DNA of 6,638 nucleotides from a virus (Duplodnaviria; Heunggongvirae; Uroviricota; Caudoviricetes): IMG/VR virus record IMGVR_UViG_2534681998_000020; one strand, 5' to 3'. Shown piece by piece: positions 6,090 to 6,638 of this stretch (position 1 is its first letter; each line of letters starts with the position of its first letter). The notes under the pieces were generated by a model. It saw only the letters and a program-made list of their open reading frames with translations, ran no database searches and was not told where the DNA came from. The position numbers and the translations under genes were made by a program.

Positions 6090-6113
6090 CCGATATGGGA
6101 ATTCCCATATCGG
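6090..6113. promoter_or_regulatory. perfect 24-bp palindrome upstream of the hok-type transcript
   Basis: CCGATATGGGAATTCCCATATCGG (6090-6113) is a perfect palindrome centred on AATT, about 45 bp upstream of the predicted hok mRNA 5' end. Function unknown. Confidence 0.3.
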
Positions 6114-6155
6114 GCGAAAACGGTTTGCTGTAACGGCAGAGTTAAGTAGGATTGC

Positions 6156-6181
6156 TGCGGGTGCTTGAGGCTATCTGCCTC
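6156..6181 (+). promoter_or_regulatory. hok-type mRNA 5' leader element (tac-like) with conserved hairpin
   Basis: TGCGGGTGCTTGAGG (6156-6170) is complementary, with one bulged nucleotide, to CCTCAACGCACCCGCA (6511-6526) at the 3' end of the locus. The hairpin GAGGC-tatct-GCCTC (6167-6181) closely resembles the 5' end of plasmid R1 hok mRNA as I recall it (GCUUGAGGCUUUCUGCCUC). Confidence 0.55.
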
Positions 6182-6305
6182 GGGCATGAACACCAACGGC
6201 AGATAGATAAAAGCCCCACCCGACTATAAATCGAAGTGAGGCCCCTATATGCTCGTCACATATAGATTGCCTCTTACGGACCGAAAGGTCAAGGAGAAGC
6301 AGGCT

Positions 6306-6461
6306 ATGAAGCAGCAAAAGGCGATGTTAATCGCCCTGATCGTCATCTGTTTAATCGTCATAGTGACGGCACTGGTAACGAGGAAAGACCTCTGCGAGGT
6401 ACGAATCCGAACCGGCCAGACGGAGGTCGCTGTCTTCACAGCTTACGAACCTGAGGAGTAA
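6306..6461 (+). CDS. hokD: Hok/Gef-family type I toxin, HokD (RelF)-like, 51 aa
   Basis: MKQQKAMLIALIVICLIVIVTALVTRKDLCEVRIRTGQTEVAVFTAYEPEE is near-identical to E. coli HokD/RelF as I recall it, with a transmembrane helix and the conserved Cys. AAGGAG (6291-6296) sits 9 nt before ATG 6306. The track ORF 6249..6461 is the same frame extended to an upstream ATG. Confidence 0.9.
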   Translation: MKQQKAMLIALIVICLIVIVTALVTRKDLCEVRIRTGQTEVAVFTAYEPEE

Positions 6462-6510
6462 GAGACCAGGCGGGGGAGAAATCCCTCGCCACCTCTGATG
6501 TGTCAGGCAT

Positions 6511-6526
6511 CCTCAACGCACCCGCA
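6511..6526 (+). promoter_or_regulatory. fbi-like 3' fold-back element of the hok-type mRNA
   Basis: Its reverse complement TGCGGGTGCGTTGAGG matches 6156-6170 at 15 of 16 positions. It lies just before the terminator hairpin. Confidence 0.5.
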
Positions 6527-6530
6527 CTTA

Positions 6531-6556
6531 ACCCGCTTCGGCGGGTTTTGTTTTTT
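6531..6556 (+). terminator. intrinsic terminator of the hok-type transcript
   Basis: Stem ACCCGC (6531-6536), loop TTCG, GCGGGT (6541-6546), followed by TTTGTTTTTT (6547-6556). Confidence 0.6.
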
Positions 6557-6638
6557 CCTGGCATTCTGGTTTACAATTCGCACGCCAGCCTGAACAACTG
6601 GCACCTGCTGCGCCAGCAGAGACAACCGATGGCGCACG

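Noticed and set aside
5936..6196. Minus-strand 86-aa ORF across the region between the binding-protein gene and hok.
   Set aside because: It spans terminator hairpins and the palindrome, with no ribosome-binding site. The region is better explained as regulatory or structural.
6249..6305. Upstream in-frame ATG giving a 70-aa extended Hok (track ORF 6249..6461), considered as the annotated gene or as a mok-type frame.
   Set aside because: ATG 6306 has the canonical AAGGAG and yields the 51-aa family-typical toxin. Whether 6249 is used is kept as an open question in the findings, not as a feature.
6245..6439. Minus-strand 64-aa ORF antisense to hok.
   Set aside because: Protein coding is unlikely. 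An antisense RNA is expected here by family precedent, but I could not identify a convincing minus-strand promoter, so I do not call an ncRNA.

Overview
The window reads as the early (immunity plus replication) region of a lambdoid prophage from an enterobacterial host, organised like the Qin/Rac-type prophages of E. coli. A DicA-like repressor on the minus strand (872..1279) faces a DicC/Cro-like gene on the plus strand (1356..1583). Downstream on the plus strand lie a YdaT-like gene, an O-like initiator with a DnaT-like C-terminal domain, a lambda-P-like helicase loader, a winged-helix gene broken by an in-frame amber codon, two small overlapping ORFs, an AT-rich island carrying an orphan ModA-like periplasmic binding protein, and a hokD-like toxin with a hok-type mRNA leader. 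Left of the repressor, a second minus-strand operon of small genes begins behind a promoter that carries the same operator motif. I found no rRNA, tRNA, CRISPR array, transposase or integrase. I also see no signature of a known defence system (no nuclease, ATPase or methyltransferase ORF). The least explained parts are the amber-interrupted winged-helix gene, the two small ORFs at 4349..4793, and the AT-rich binding-protein island with its palindrome. All homology statements rest on reading the translations and on remembered family sequences; no database search was run.
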